Assembly (NCBI GenBank): GCA_027923505.1 | Contig: BROI01000004.1 | Coordinates: forward strand, 310,001-374,000 | DNA: 64,000 bases | Source of the DNA: Mayamaea pseudoterrestris | Taxonomy: Eukaryota | Reading direction: 5' to 3' | Shown: piece by piece, positions 31,101 to 46,100 of the stretch | Numbering within the stretch: position 1 is the first letter of the stretch | How the letters are laid out: each line of letters begins with the position of its first letter | Translations under genes and position numbers: made by a program | The notes under the pieces: model-generated | Seen by the model: the letters and a program-made list of their open reading frames with translations, nothing else | Databases searched by the model: none | What the model was told of the DNA's origin: nothing

Positions 31101-34100
31101 ACATCATGTTGGATCAGCTAGCACTGCACCTCAAGTGGCACTTTAGACTGCCAGAATGGCCTGCCAGTTCTGGAATACAGAGAACATACATTTTCTAAGT
31201 GATTAGAGCGCAAAGGCTTGTCACCTTGGGTGTGAAACCCATCCATTTGCCATGAGACTCCGCACATTCAACCAATCATTGAATGTGCCAGCCGTGCACC
31301 CTTTTTGGCTACATGACCATCATTGTTGCCAGTTGAGCCCTCCAATCCATTTTAATTCATGTTGGGTGTCATGATGGGCCAATGTTTACATCAGTTGCAC
31401 TGACCCGTTCCAGTCTCCATCACCATGTATGTCATGGTGAGACTCGGAGGATCCATCAACATGTTGTATCTGTTAGCAGTGCACCTCAAGTGGCACTTCA
31501 GACTGCCAGAATAACCTGCCAGTTCTGGAATACAAAGAAATTACATTTTTTAAGTGATTAGAGCGCAAAGGTTTGTCACCTTGGGTGTGAACCCATCCCT
31601 TTGCCATGAGACTCCGCACATTCAACCAATCATTGAATGTGCCAGCCGTGCACCCTTTTTGGCTACACGAACCATCATTGTTGCCAGTTGAGCCCTCCAA
31701 TCCATTTTAATTCATGTTGGGTGTCATGATGGGCCAATGCTTAAGTCCGTTGCACTGACCCGTTCCAGTCTCCATCACCATGTATGTCATGGTGAGAACT
31801 TGGCAGATCCAACAACATGTTGGATCTGCTAGCAGTGCACCTCAAGTGGCACTTCAGACTACCAGAATAACATGCCAGTTCTGGAATACAAAGAACATAC
31901 ATTTTTTAAGTGATTAGAGCGCAAAGGTTTGTCACCTTGGGTGTGAAACCCATCCCTTTGCCATGAGACTCCGCACATTCAACCAATCATTGAATGTGCC
32001 AGCCGTGCACCCTTTTTGGCTACACGAACCATCATGTTTGCCTGTTGAGCCCTCCAATTCTTTCCATTTCATGTTTGGTGTTATGATGGGCCAATACTTA
32101 GGCCAGTTGCACTGACCCGTTCCAGTCTCCATCACCATGTATGTCATGGTGAGACTCGGAGGATCCAACAATATGTGGGATCTGCTAGCAGCGCACCGCA
32201 AGTGGCAATCTAGACTGCCAGAATAACATGCCAGATCTGGAATACAAAGAACATACATTTTTTAAGTGATTAGAGCGCAAAGGTTTGTCACCTTTGGTGT
32301 GAACCCATCCCTTTGCCATGAGACTCCGCACATTCAACCAATCATTGAATGTGCCAGCCGTGCACCCTTTTTGGCTACACGAACCATCATTGTTGCCTGT
32401 TGAGCCCCCCAAACCATTTCAATTCATGTTGGGTGTCATGATGGGCCAATACTTGGGTCAGTTGCACCCACCCGTTCCAGTCTTTACCACCATGTATGTC
32501 ATGGTGAGACTCAGAGGATCCAACAACTTGTTGGATCTGCTAGCAGCACACCGCAAGTGGCAATCTAGACTGCCAGAATAACATGCCAGATCTGGATTTT
32601 AAGCAGACATAAGGCTTGTCATTTTGACCTTGGGTGTGAAACCCATCCCTTTGCCATCCCTCTTTTTGTGCCAGCCGTGCACCCTTTTGGTCATGCCAGT
32701 TGAGCCCCCCAATCCATTTCCATTCATATTGGGTGTCATGATGGGCCAATATTTAGGTCAGTTGCACCCAGCCGTTCCAGTCTTTACCACCATGTATATC
32801 ATGGTGAGACTTTGCAGATCCAGCATCATGTTGGATCTGTAGCAGCGCACCTCAAGTGGCAATCTAGACTGCCAGAATGGCCTGCCATTTCTGGAATACA
32901 AAGAACATACATTTTCTAAGTGATTAGAGCGCAAAGGCTTGTCACCTTGGGTGTGAAATCCATCTATATGCCATGAGACTCCGCACATTCAACCAATCAT
33001 TGAATGTGCCAGCCGTGCACCCTTTTTGGCTACACGAACCATCATTGTTGCCAGTTAAGCCCTCCAATCAATTTAATTTCATGTTGGGTGTCATGATGGG
33101 CCAATGCTTAAATCTGTTGCACTGACCCGTTCCAGTCTCCATCACCATGTATGTCATGGTGAGAACTTGGCAGATCCAACAACATGTTGGATTTGCTAGC
33201 AGTGCACCTCAAGTGGCACTTCAGACTGCCAGAATAACCTGCCAGTTCTGGAATACAAAGAAATGACATTTTTTAAGTGATTAGAGCGCAAAGGCTTGTC
33301 ACCTTGGGTGTGAAACCCATCCCTTTGCCATGAGACTCCGCACATTCAACCAATCATTGAATGTGCCAGCCGTGCACCCTTTTTGGCTGCACGAACCATC
33401 ATTGTTGCCAGTTGAGCCCTCCAATCCATTTTAATTCATGTTGGGTGTCATGATGGGCCAATATTTAGGTCAGTTGCACTGACCCGTTCCAGTCTCCATC
33501 ACCATGTATGTCATGGTGAGAACTTGGCAGATCCAACAACATGTTGGATTTGCTAGCAGTGCACCTCAAGTGGCACTTCAGACTGCCAGAATAACCTGCC
33601 AGTTCTGGAATACAAAGAACATACATTTTTTAAGTGAATAGAGCGCAAAGGTTTGTCACCTTGGGTGTGAAACCCATCCCTTTGCCATGAGACTCCGCAC
33701 ATTCAACCAATCATTGAATGTGCCAGCCGTGCACCCTTTTTGGCTACACAAACCATCAGCTTTGCCAGTTGAGCCTTCCAATCCATTTCCATTCATGTTG
33801 GGTGTCATGATGGGCCAATACTTGGGTCAGTTGCACCCACCCGTTCCAGTCTTTACCACCATGTATGTCATGGTGAGACTCGGAGAATCCAACAACTTGT
33901 TGGATCTGCTAGCAGCGCACCTCAAGTGGCAATCTAGACTGCCAGAATGGCCTGCCAATTCTGGAATACAAAGAAAATACATTTTTTAGTGATTAGAGCG
34001 CAAAGGCTTGTCACCTTGGGTGTGAAACCCATCCCTTTGCCATGAGACTCCGTACATTCAACCAATCATTGAATGTGCCACCCGTGCACCCTTTTTGGCT

Positions 34101-37100
34101 ACACGAACCACCATTGTTGACTGTTGAGCCCCCCAATCCATTTCCATTCATGTTTGGTGTCATGATGCGCCAATGCTTAAGTCAGTTGCACCCAACCAAT
34201 CCAGTCTCCCCCACCATGTATGTCATGGTGAGAACTTGGCAGATCCAACAACATGTTGGATCTGCTAGCAGTGCACCTCAAGTGGCACTTCAGACTTCCA
34301 GAATAACCTGCCAGTTCTGGAATACAAAGCAAATACATTTTCTAAGTGATTAGAGCGCAAAGGCTTGTCACCTTGGGTGTGAAACCCATCCCTTTGCCAT
34401 GAGACTCCGCACATTCAACCAATCATTGAATGTGCCAGCCGTGCACCCTTTTTGGCTACACGAACCATCATTGTTGCCAGTTGAGCCCTCCAATCCATTT
34501 CAGTTCATGTTGGGTGTCATGATGGGCCAATGCTTAAATCTGTTGCACTGACCCGTTCCAGTCTCCATCACCTCATGGTGAGAACTTGGCAGATCCAACA
34601 ACATGTTGGATCTGCTAGCAGTGAACCTCAAGTGGCACTGCAGACTACCAGAATAACCTGCCAGTTCTGGAATACAAAGAACATACATTTTTTAAGTGAT
34701 TAGAACGCAAAGGTTTGTCACCTTGGGTGTGAAACCCATCCCTTTGCCATGAGACTCCGCACATTCAACCAATCATTGAATGTGCCAGCCGTGCACCCTT
34801 TTTGGCTACACGAACCATCATTGTTGCCTGTTGAGCCCCCCAATCCATTTCAATTCATGTTGGGTGTCATGATGGGCCAATACTTGGGTCAGTTGCACCC
34901 ACCCGTTCCAGTCTCCACCACCATGTATGTCATGGTGAGAACTTGGCAGATCCAACAACTTGTTGGATCTGCTAGCAGCACACCTCAAGTGGCACTTCAG
35001 ACTTCCAGAATAACCTGCCATTTCTGGAATACAAAGAACATACATTTTCTAAGTGATTAGAGCGCAAAGGCTTGTCACCTTGGGTGTGAAACCCATCCCT
35101 TTGCCATGAGACTCCGCACATTCAACCAATCATTGAATGTGCCAGCCGTGCACCCTTTTTGGCTGCACGAACCATCATTGTTGCCAGTTGAGCCCTCCAA
35201 TCAATTTTAATTCATGTTGAATGTCATGATGGGCCAATGCTTAAATCCGTTGCACTGACCCATTCCAGTCTCCATCACCATGTATGTCATGGTGAGAACT
35301 TGGCAGATCCAACAACATGTTGGATCTGCTAGCAGTGCACCTCAAGTGGCACTTCAGACTGCCAGAATAACCTGCCAGTTCTGGAATACAAAGCAAATAC
35401 ATTTTCTAAGTGATTAGAGCGCAAAGGCTTGTCACCTTGGGTGTGAAACCCATCCCTTTGCCATGAGACTCCGCACATTCAACCAATCATTGAATGTGCC
35501 AGCCGTGCACCCTTTTTGGCTGCACGAACCATCATTGTTGCCAGTTGAGCCCTCCAATCCATTTTAATTCATGTTGGGTGTCATGATGGGCCAATGCTTG
35601 GGTCAGTTACAACCACCCATTCCAGTCTCCACCACCATGTATGTCATGGTGAGAACTTGGCAGATCCAACAACATGTTGGATTTGCTAGCAGTGCACCTC
35701 AAGTGGCACTTCAGACTGCCAGAATAACCTGCCAGTTCTGGAATACAAAGAACATACATTTTTTAAGTGATTAGAGCACAAAGGTTTGTCACCTTTTTGT
35801 GAACCCATCCCTTTGCCATGAGACTCCGCACATTCAACCAATCATTGAATGTGCCAGCCGTGCACCCTTTTTGGCTACACAAACCATCATTGTTGCCTGT
35901 TGAGCCCCCCAATCCATTTCCATTCATGTTGGGTGTCATGATGGGCCAATACTTGAGTCGGTTGCACCCACCCATTCCAGTCTTTACCACCATGTATGTC
36001 ATGGTGAGAACTTGGCAGGTCCAACAACTTGTTGGATTTGTTAGCAGTGCCCCTCAAGTGGCACTTCAGACTGCCAGAATAACCTGCCAGTTCTGGAATA
36101 CAAAGCAAATACATTTTCTAAGTGATTAGAGCGCAAAGGCTTGTCACCTTGGGTGTGAAACCCATCCCTTTGCCATGAGACTCCGCACATTCAACCAATC
36201 ATTGAATGTGCCAGCCGTGCACCCTTTTTGGCTACACGAACCATCATTGTTGCCAGTTGAGCCCTCCAATCAATTATAATTCATGATGGGTGTCATGATG
36301 GTCCAATGCTTAAATCCGTTGCACTGACCCATTCCAGTCTCCATCACCATGTATGTCATGGTGAGAACTTGGCAGATCCAACAACATGTTGGATTTGCTA
36401 GCAGTGCACCTCAAGTGGCACTTCAGACTTCCAGAATATCCTGCCAGTTCTGGAATACAAAGCAAATACATTTTTTAAGTGAACAATACGCGAGGCTTGT
36501 CACCTTGGGTGTGAAACCCATCCCTTTGCCATGAGACTCCGCACATTTAACCAATCATTGAATGTGCCAGCCGTGCACCCTTTTTTGGCTGCACGAACCA
36601 TCATTGTTGCCAGTTGAGCCCTCCAATCCATTTTAATTCATGTTGGGTGTCATGATGGGCCAATGCCTAGGTCCGTTGCACTGACCCATTCCAGTCTCCA
36701 TCACCATGTATGTCATGGTGAGAACTTGGCAGGTCCAACAACTTGTTGGATTTGTTAGCAGTGCCCCTCAAGTGGCACTTCAGACTGCCAGAATAACCTG
36801 CCATTTCTGGAATACAAAGAACATACATTTTATAAGTGATTAGAGCGCAAAGGCTTGTCACCTTGGGTGTGAAACCCATCCCTTTGCCATGAGACTCCGC
36901 ACATTCAACCAATCATTGAATGTGCCAGCCGTGCACCCTTTTTGGCTACACGAACCATCATTGTTGCCACTTGAGCCCTCCAATCCATTTTAATTCATGT
37001 TTGGTGTCATGATGCGCCAATGCTTAAGTCAGTTGCACCCAACCAATCCAGTCTCCCCCACCATGTATGTCATGGTGAGAACTTAGAAGTTCCAACATCA

Positions 37101-40100
37101 TGTTGGATCAGCTAGCACTGCACCTCAAGTGGCACTTTAGACTGCCAGAATGGCCTGCCAGTTCTGCAATACAGAGAACATAGATTTTTTAAGCGATTAG
37201 ACCGCAAGGGCTTGTCATCTTGGGTGTGAAACCCATCCATTTGCCATGAGACTCTGCACATTCAACCAATCATTGAATGTGCCAGCCGTGCACCCTTTTT
37301 GGCTACATGACCATCATTGTTGCCAGTTGAGCCCTCCAATCCATTTTAATTCATGTTGGGTGTCATGATGGGCCAATGTTTACATCAGTTGCACTAACCC
37401 GTTCCAGTCTCCATCACCATGTATGTCATGGTGAGAACTTGGCAGGTCCAACAACTTGTTGGATCTGTTAGCAGTGCCCCTCAAGTGGCACTTTAGACTG
37501 CCAGAATGGCCTGCCAGTTCTGGAATACAGCGAACATACATTTTTAAGTGATTAGAGCGCAAAGGCTTGTCACCTTGGGTGTGAAACCCATCCCTTTGCC
37601 ATGAGACTCCGCACATTCAACCAATCATTGAATGTGCCAGCCGTGCACCCTTTTTGGCTGCACGAACCATCATTGTTGCCAGTTGAGCCCTCCAATCCAT
37701 TTTAATTCATGTTGGGTGTCAGGATGGGCCAATACTAGTCAGTTGCACCTGCCAGTTCTGACATGTATGTCATGGTGAGACTCGGAAAATGGGATCGTTG
37801 CACCTCAGTGGCACTTTAGACAGCCAGAATGGCCTGCCAATTCTGGAATACCAGGAAAATACATTTCTTAACTGATTAGAGCGCAAAGGCTTGTCACCTT
37901 GGGTGTGAAACCCATCCATTTGCCATGAGACTCCGCACATTCAACCAATCATTGAATGTGCCAGCCGTGCACCCTTTTTGGCTACATGACCATCATTGTT
38001 GCCAGTTGAGCCCTCCAATCCATTTTAATTCATGTTGGGTGTCATGATGGGCCAATGCTTAAGTCCGTTGCACTGACCCGTTCCAGTCTCCATCACCATG
38101 TATGTCATGGTGAGAACTTGGCAGATCCAACAACATGTTGGATCTGCTAGCAGTTACCTCAAGTGGCACTGCAGACTACCAGAATAACATGCCAGTTCTG
38201 GAATACAAAGAACATACATTTTTTAAGTGATTAGAACGCAAAGGTTTGTCACCTTGGGTGTGAACCCATCCCTTTGCCATGAGACTCCGCACATTCAACC
38301 AATCATTGAATGTGCCAGCCGTGCACCCTTTTTGGCTACACGAACCATCATTGTTGCCTGTTGAGCCCCCCAATCCATTTCCATTCATGTTGGGTGTCAT
38401 GATGGGCCAATACTTGGGTCAGTTGCACCCACCCGTTCCAGTCTTTACCACCATGTATATCATGGTGAGACTCGGAGGCTCCAACAACTTGTTGGATCTG
38501 CTAGCAGCACACCTCAAGTGGCACTTCAGACTTCCAGAATAACCTGCCAGTTCTGGAATACAAAGCAAATACATTTTCTAAGTGATTAGAGCGCAAAGGC
38601 TTGTCACCTTGGGTGTGAAACCCATCCCTTTGCCATGAGACTCCGCACATTCAACCAATCATTGAATGTGCCAGCCGTGCACCCTTTTTGGCTACACGAA
38701 CCATTCAAGTGGCACTTCAGACTTCCAGAATAACCTGCCAGTTCTGGAATACAAAGCAAATACATTTTCTAAGTGATTAGAGCGCAAAGGCTTGTCACCT
38801 TGGGTGTGAAACCCATCCCTTTGCCATGAGACTCCGCACATTCAACCAATCATTGAATGTGCCAGCCGTGCACCCTTTTTGGCTACGTGAACATCATTGT
38901 TGCCAGCTGAGCCCTCCAATTCTTTCCATTTCATGTTTGATGTCATGATGGGCCAATGCTTAAATCTGTTGCACTGACCCATTCCAGTCTCCATCACCAT
39001 GTATGTCATGGTGAGAACTTGGCAGATCCAACAACTTGTTCAGCGCACCTCAAGTGGCACACCAGACTTCCCGAATGGCCTGCCAATTCTGGAATACAAA
39101 GAAAATACATTTTTCAAGTGATTAAAGCGCAAAGGCTTGTCACCTTGGGTATGAAACCCATCCCTTTGCCATGAGACTCCGCACATTCAACCAATAACTG
39201 AATGTGCCAGCCGTGCACCCATTTTGGCTACATGAACCATCATTGTTGCCACTTGAGCCCTCCAATCCATTTTATTTCATGTTGGGTGTCATGATGGGCC
39301 ATTGCCTAGGTCAGTTGCACTGACCCATTCCAGTCTCCATCACCATGTATGTCATGGTGAGAACTTGGCAGATCCAAGAACATGTTGGATCTGCTAGCAG
39401 CGCACCTCAAGTGGCACTTCAGACTGCCAGAATAACCTGCCTGTTCTGGTATACAAGAATCATTTGTTTTTCAAGTGAATAGAGTGCAAAGGCTTGTCAT
39501 CTTGGGTGTGAAATCCATCTATTTGCCATAGACTCCGCACATTCAACAAATGGTTGAATGTGCCAGCCGTGCACCCTTTTTGGCTACACGAACCATCATA
39601 TTTGCCTGTTGAGCCCTCCAATTCTTTCCATTTCATGTTTGATGTCATGATGGGCCAATGCTTAAGTCAGTTGCAGCCACCCATTCCAGTCTCCACCACC
39701 ATGTATGTCATGGTGAGAACTTAGAAGTTCCAACATCATGTTGGATCAGCTAGCACTGCACCTCAAGTGGCACTTTAGACTGCCAGAATGGCCTGCCAGT
39801 TCTGGAATACAGAGAACATACATTTTTAAGCAATTATACCGCAAGGGCTTGTCACCTTGGGTGTGAAACCCATCCATTTGCCATGAGACTCCGCACATTC
39901 AACCAATCATTGAATGTGCCAGCCGTGCACCCTTTTTGGCTACATGACCATCATTGTTGCCAGTTGAGCCCTCCAATCCATTTTAATTCATGTTGGGTGT
40001 CATGATGGGCCAATGTTTACATCAGTTGCACTAACCCGTTCCAGTCTCCATCACCATGTATGTCATGGTGAGAACTTGGCAAATCCAACAACTTGTTCAG

Positions 40101-43100
40101 CGCACCTCAAGTGGCACACCAGACTTCCAGAATGGCCTGCCAATTCTGGAAAACAAAAAAAATACATTTTTTAAGTGATTAAAGCGCAAAGGCTTGTCAC
40201 CTTGGGTGTGAAACCCATCCCTTTGCCATGAGACTCCGCACATTCAACCAATCATTGAATGTGCCAGCCGTGCACCCTTTTTGGCTACACGAACCATCAT
40301 TGTTGCCTGTTAAACCCCCCCAATCCATTTTAATTCATGTTCGGTGTCATGATGGGCCAATACTGGGGTCAGTTGCACCCACCCGTTCCAGTCTCTACCA
40401 CCATGTATGTCATGGAGAGACTCAGCAGATCCAACAACATGTTGGATCTGCTAGCAGTGCACCTCAAGTGGCAATCTAGACTGCCAGAATGGCCTGCCAA
40501 TTCTGGATTACAAAGAAAATACCTTTTTTAACTGATTAGAGCGCAAAGGCTTGTCACCTTGGGTGTGAAACCCATCCCTTTGCCATGAGATTCCGTACAT
40601 TCAACCAATCATTGAATGTGCCAGCCGTGCACCCTTTTTGGCTGCATGAACCATCATTATTGCCAGTTGGGCCCTCCAATCCAATTTAATTCATGTTGGG
40701 TGTCATGATGGGCCAATACTTAGGTCAGTTGCACCCACCCGTTCCAGTCTTTACCACCATGTATGTCATGGTGAGACTCAGCAGATCCAACAACTTGCTG
40801 GATCTGCTAGCAGCGCACCTCAAGTGGCAATCTATACTAACAAAATGGCCTGCCAATTCTGGAATTCAAAAAATCATTTTTTAAGTGATTAATAGGCAAT
40901 GGTTTGTCACCATGGGCATGAAACCCATCCCTTTGCCAAGAGACTCCGCACATTCAACCAATCATTGGATGTGCCAGTTGGCACCCTTTTTGGCTACACA
41001 AACCATCATTGTTGCCTGTTGAGCCCCCCAATCCATTTCCATTCATGTTGGGTGTCATGATGGGCCAATATTTAGGTCAGTTGCACCCACCCGTTCCAGT
41101 CTTTACCACCATGTATATCATGGTGAGACTTGGCAGATCCAACAACTTGTTGGATCTGTAGCAGCGCACCTCAAATGGCAATCTAGACTGCCAAATTGGC
41201 CTGCCATTTCTGGAATACAAAGAACATACATTTTCTAAGTGATTAGAGCGCAAAGGCTTGTCACCATGGGTGTGAAATCCATCTATATACCATGAGACTC
41301 CACACATTCAACCAATCATTGAATGTGCCAGCCGTGCACCCTTTTTGGCTACACAAACCATCATTGTTGCCTGTTGTGCCCCCCCAAACCATTTCAATTC
41401 ATGTTGGGTGTCATGATGGGCCAATACTTGGGTCAGTTGCACCCACCCGTTCCAGTCTTTACCACCATGTATATCATGGTGAGACTCGGAGGCTCCAACA
41501 ACTTGTTGGATCTGCTAGCAGCACACCTCAAGTGGCACTTCAGACTTCCAGAATAACCTGCCAGTTCTGGAATACAAAGCAAATACATTTTCTAAGTGAT
41601 TAGAGCGCAAAGGCTTGTCACCTTGGGTGTGAAACCCATCCCTTTGCCATGAGACTCCGCACATTCCACCAATCATTGAATGTGCCAGTTGTGCACCCTT
41701 TTTGGCTGCACGAACCATCATTGTTGCCAGTTGAGCCCTCCGATCCATTTCAGTTCATGTTGGGTGTCATGATGGGCCAATGTTTAGGTCAGTTGCTCCC
41801 ACCCGTTCCAGTCTTTACCACCATGTATATCATGGTGAGACTTGGCAGATCCAACAACTTGTTGGATCTGTAGCAGCGCACCTCAAGTGGCAATCTAGAC
41901 TGCCAGAATGGCCTGCCATTTCTGGAATACAAAGAACATACATTTTCTAAGTGATTAGAGCGCAAAGGCTTGTCACCATGGGTGTGAAATCCATCTATAT
42001 ACCATGAGACTCCACACATTCAACCAATCATTGAATGTGCCAGCCGTGCACCCTTTTTGGCTACACAACCATCATTGTTGCCTGTTGAGCCCCCCAATCC
42101 ATTTCCATTCATGTTGGGTGTCATGATGGGCCAATACTTGGGTCAGTTGCACCCACCCGTTCCAGTCTTTACCACCATGTATATCATGGTGAGACTCGGA
42201 GGCTCCAACAACTTGTTGGGTCTGCTAGCAGCACACCTCAAGTGGAACTTCAGACTTCCAGAATAACCTGCCAGTTCTGGAATACAAAGCAAATACATTT
42301 TCTAAGTGATTAGAGCGCAAAGGCTTGTCACCTTGGGTGTGAAACCCATCCCTTTGCCATGAGACTCCGCACATTCCACCAATCATTGAATGTGCCAGCT
42401 GTGCACCCTTTTTGGCTGCCGTTTCTTTTTTATCCTTTTCCTCTCATCTTATCTCATGCTCCTTGTTGATCTCACACTTCAGACTGCAAGAATAACCTGC
42501 CTGTGTTCTGTATACAAGAATCATTTGTTTTTTTTTAGTGAATAAAAGTGCAAAGCTTGTCATCTTGAGTTGTGAAATCCATCTATTTGCCATAGACTCC
42601 GCTGTTCAACAAATGGTTGAATGTGTACTGCAACACCTTTTTGGCTACTCGAATGTTGTTTGCCTGTTGAGCCCTCCAATTCTTTCCATTTCATGTTTGG
42701 TGTTATGATGGGCCAATACTTAGGCCCCTGTCTCTCAAAGTAATCGGAAGAGATCAACAATTTTGGGATCTGCTACTGCACCGAATGGCACTAGACTGCC
42801 AGAATACCTGCCAGACTACAATCATTCATTTTTCGTGTTGAGCGCGTTTGTCACCTTGGGTGTGGAACCATCCCTTTGCCATGAGACTCCGCACATTCAA
42901 CCTTTGAATGTGCCACATCCCTTTTTGGCTACCACACGCCCTGCTGAGCCCAACTTTCCATTTCATGTTTGGTGTCATGATGGGCCAATGCTTTGGTCAG
43001 TTGCGCCACCCATTCGTCTCACACATTTCTTGAAACTCAAATCCAACATTTGTTGGATCTGCTACAGGCACCTCAATCTGACTCATGCCTAAATACTTTG

Positions 43101-46100
43101 TTTCCAATTTGGCTTGTCACCTTGGTGTGGAACCCATCCCTTGGCCACGAGACTCCACATTCAACCTTTGAGCACACCCTTTTTGGCTACAGGGACCATC
43201 AGCGTCCTTTGACCGAACCTTATGTTTGGTGTCATGATGGGCCCTTTCAGTTGCACCCTCGTCTCCACCACATCAGACCTTGCAGATCAACAACTTGTTG
43301 GATCTGTTACAATGCCCCTCAAGTGGCACTTCAGACTGCCAGAATGGCCTCCTTTCTACAACATTGTGTTTCAGTGATTAGGACTCAACTTGTCACCTTG
43401 TGTGAAACCCTCTTTGGCCATAACTCCCACATTCAACAAATGTTGAATGTGCCACCTGCACACCCCTTTCTACAGCTGCCCTGAGCCCCGAATCCTTTTC
43501 AATTCATGTTGGGTGTCATGATGGGCCATATGTGGTCAGTTGCACCCCATTCCAGTCTCCACCACCATGTATGTCATGGTGAGACTCAGAAGATCCAACA
43601 ACTTGTTGGATCTGCTAGCAGTGCACCTCAAGTGGCAGCTTCAGACTGCCAGAATAACATGCCAGTTCTGGAATACAAAGAACATACATTTTTAAGTGAT
43701 TAGAGCGCAAAGGTTTGTCACTTGGGTGTGAAACCCATCCCTTTGCCATGAGACTCCGCACATTCCACCAATCATTGAATGTGCCAGCTGTGCACCCTTT
43801 TTGGCTCAACAAACCATCACTGCCTTTGAGCCCCCATCCATTTCCATTCATGTTGGGTGTCATGATGGGCCAATACTTGGGTCAGTTGCACCCACCCGTT
43901 CCAGTCTTTCACACCATGTATATCATGGTGAGACTCAGAATCAACAACTTGTTGGATCTGCTGCAGTACACCTCAATGCACTTCAGACTGCCAGAATCCT
44001 GCCTTCTGGAATACAATGCATTGTGTTCAAGATTTGGCGCAACTTGTCACCTTGGGTGTGGAACCCACCCTTGGCCATGAGACTCCAACTTGTCGGATTT
44101 TCTGACCCTCTGACCATCCATTTTTTGGTGTCATGATGGGCAATGTTGTCAGTTGCGCACCATTCCGTCTCCACCACCTGTATGCATGTGAGCTCACTTG
44201 TGCAAACTTGTTGGCATGGCACTTCACTGCCAATCCTCCATACAGAACATTGTGTTTCAATTGATTTGGACGCAAGGCTTGTCACCTTCGGTGTGGAACC
44301 CATCCCTTTGCCATGAGACTCCGCACATTCAACCAATGGTTGAATGTGCCACCGTACACCCTTTTTGGCTGACAAGGACCGTCACTGTGCCTTCTGAGCC
44401 CTCCAATCCATTTTCCAATTCATGTTTGGTGTCATGATGGGCCAATGCTTTAGTCCGTTGCACTGACCCGTTCAGTCTCCATCACCATGTATGTCATGGT
44501 GAGAACTTGCTTGCAGATCCAACAACATGTTGGATCTGCTAGCAGTAACCTCAAGTGGCACTTCAGACTACCAGAATAACCTGCCAGGATACAAAGAATC
44601 AATGATTAGACTCAAAGGCTTGTCACCTTGGGTGTGAACCCATCCCTTTGCCATGAGACTCCGCACATTCAACCAATGGATGTGCCAGCGCCCCGGCGGT
44701 CGGCTCCTCTGGCCCGACCTTCTCTGTTTGGTTCATGATGGGCCAATTTGGTCAGTTCGTCACCCATTCGTCTCCACACCGTGTATGCCATGGTGAGACT
44801 CAGCTGCAGATCCAACAACTTGTTGGATCTGCTAGCAGTCACCTCAAGTGGCACTTCAGACTGCCAGAATGGCCTGCCATTAAGGACTACAATTGAGCAT
44901 TGTGTTTCCAGATTTGGACTGACTTGTCACCTTGGGTGTGGAACCCATCCCTTGGCCATGAGCTCCGCACATTCAACCAATGTTGAATGTGCCAGCAGTG
45001 CACCCTTTTTGGCTACAGGGACCATCAGCGCTGCCTTCTGAGCCCTGAAATCCTTTCAAGTCATGTTTGGTGTCATGATGGGCCAATGATTTAGTCAGTT
45101 GCGCCCATTCCAGTCTCTACCACCATGTATGCCATGGTGAGACTCAGCTTGCAGATCCGACAACTTGATGGATCTGCTAGCAGTGCACCTCAAGTGGCAC
45201 TTCAGACTGCCAGAATGGCCTGCCAATAAAGGAATACAATGAGCATTGTGTTTCCATTTGATTTGGACTCAAAGGCTTGTCACCTTGGGTGTGGAATCCA
45301 TCCCTCTGCCATGAGAACCCGCACATTCAACCAATGGTTCAATGTGCCAGCAGTGCACCCTTTTTGGCTACAGGGATCATCAGCGCAGCCTTCTGAGCCC
45401 TGAAACCCTTTTCATTTATTTTTGGTGTTATGATGGGCCAATGATTTGGTCCGTTGCACCCCATTCCAGTCTCCATCACCATGTATGCCATGGTGAGATC
45501 GGCTTGCAGATCCAACAACTTGTTGGATCTGCTGGCAGTACACCTCAAGTGGCACTTCAGACTGCCAGAATGGCCTGCCACAATACAAAAAGCATTTTGT
45601 GTTTCAATCTGATTGGACTCAAGGCTTGTCACCTTGGGTGGGAACCCATCCCTTGCCATGAGGACTCCGCACATTCAACCAATGGTTCAATGTGCCAGCA
45701 GTGCACCCTTTTTGGCTACAGGGATCATCAGCGCAGCCTTCTGAGCCCTGAAACCCTTTTAATTCATGTTTGGTGTCATGATGGGCCAATGATTTGGTCA
45801 GTTGCGCCCATTCCAGTCTCCACCACCATGTATGCCATGGTGAGACTCAGCTTGCAGATCCAACAACTTGTTGGATCTGCTAGCAGTGCACCTCAAGTGG
45901 CACTTCAGACTGCCAGAATGGCCTGCCAGTACAGGAATACAATGAGCATTATGTTTCAATCTGATTTGGACTCAAAGGCTTGTCACCTTGGGTGTCGAAC
46001 CCAACCCTTTGCCATGAGACTCCGCACATTCAACCAATGGTTGAATGTGCCAGCGGTGCACACTTTTGGCTACAGGGATCATCAGCGCTGCCTTCTGAGC

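Noticed and set aside
45370..46100. Hammerhead ribozyme (CTGATGA on the minus strand of the central subtype; GAAAC on the plus strand)
   Set aside because: CUGAUGA is not followed by stem II plus GAAA on the same strand, and the motif is absent from most monomers.
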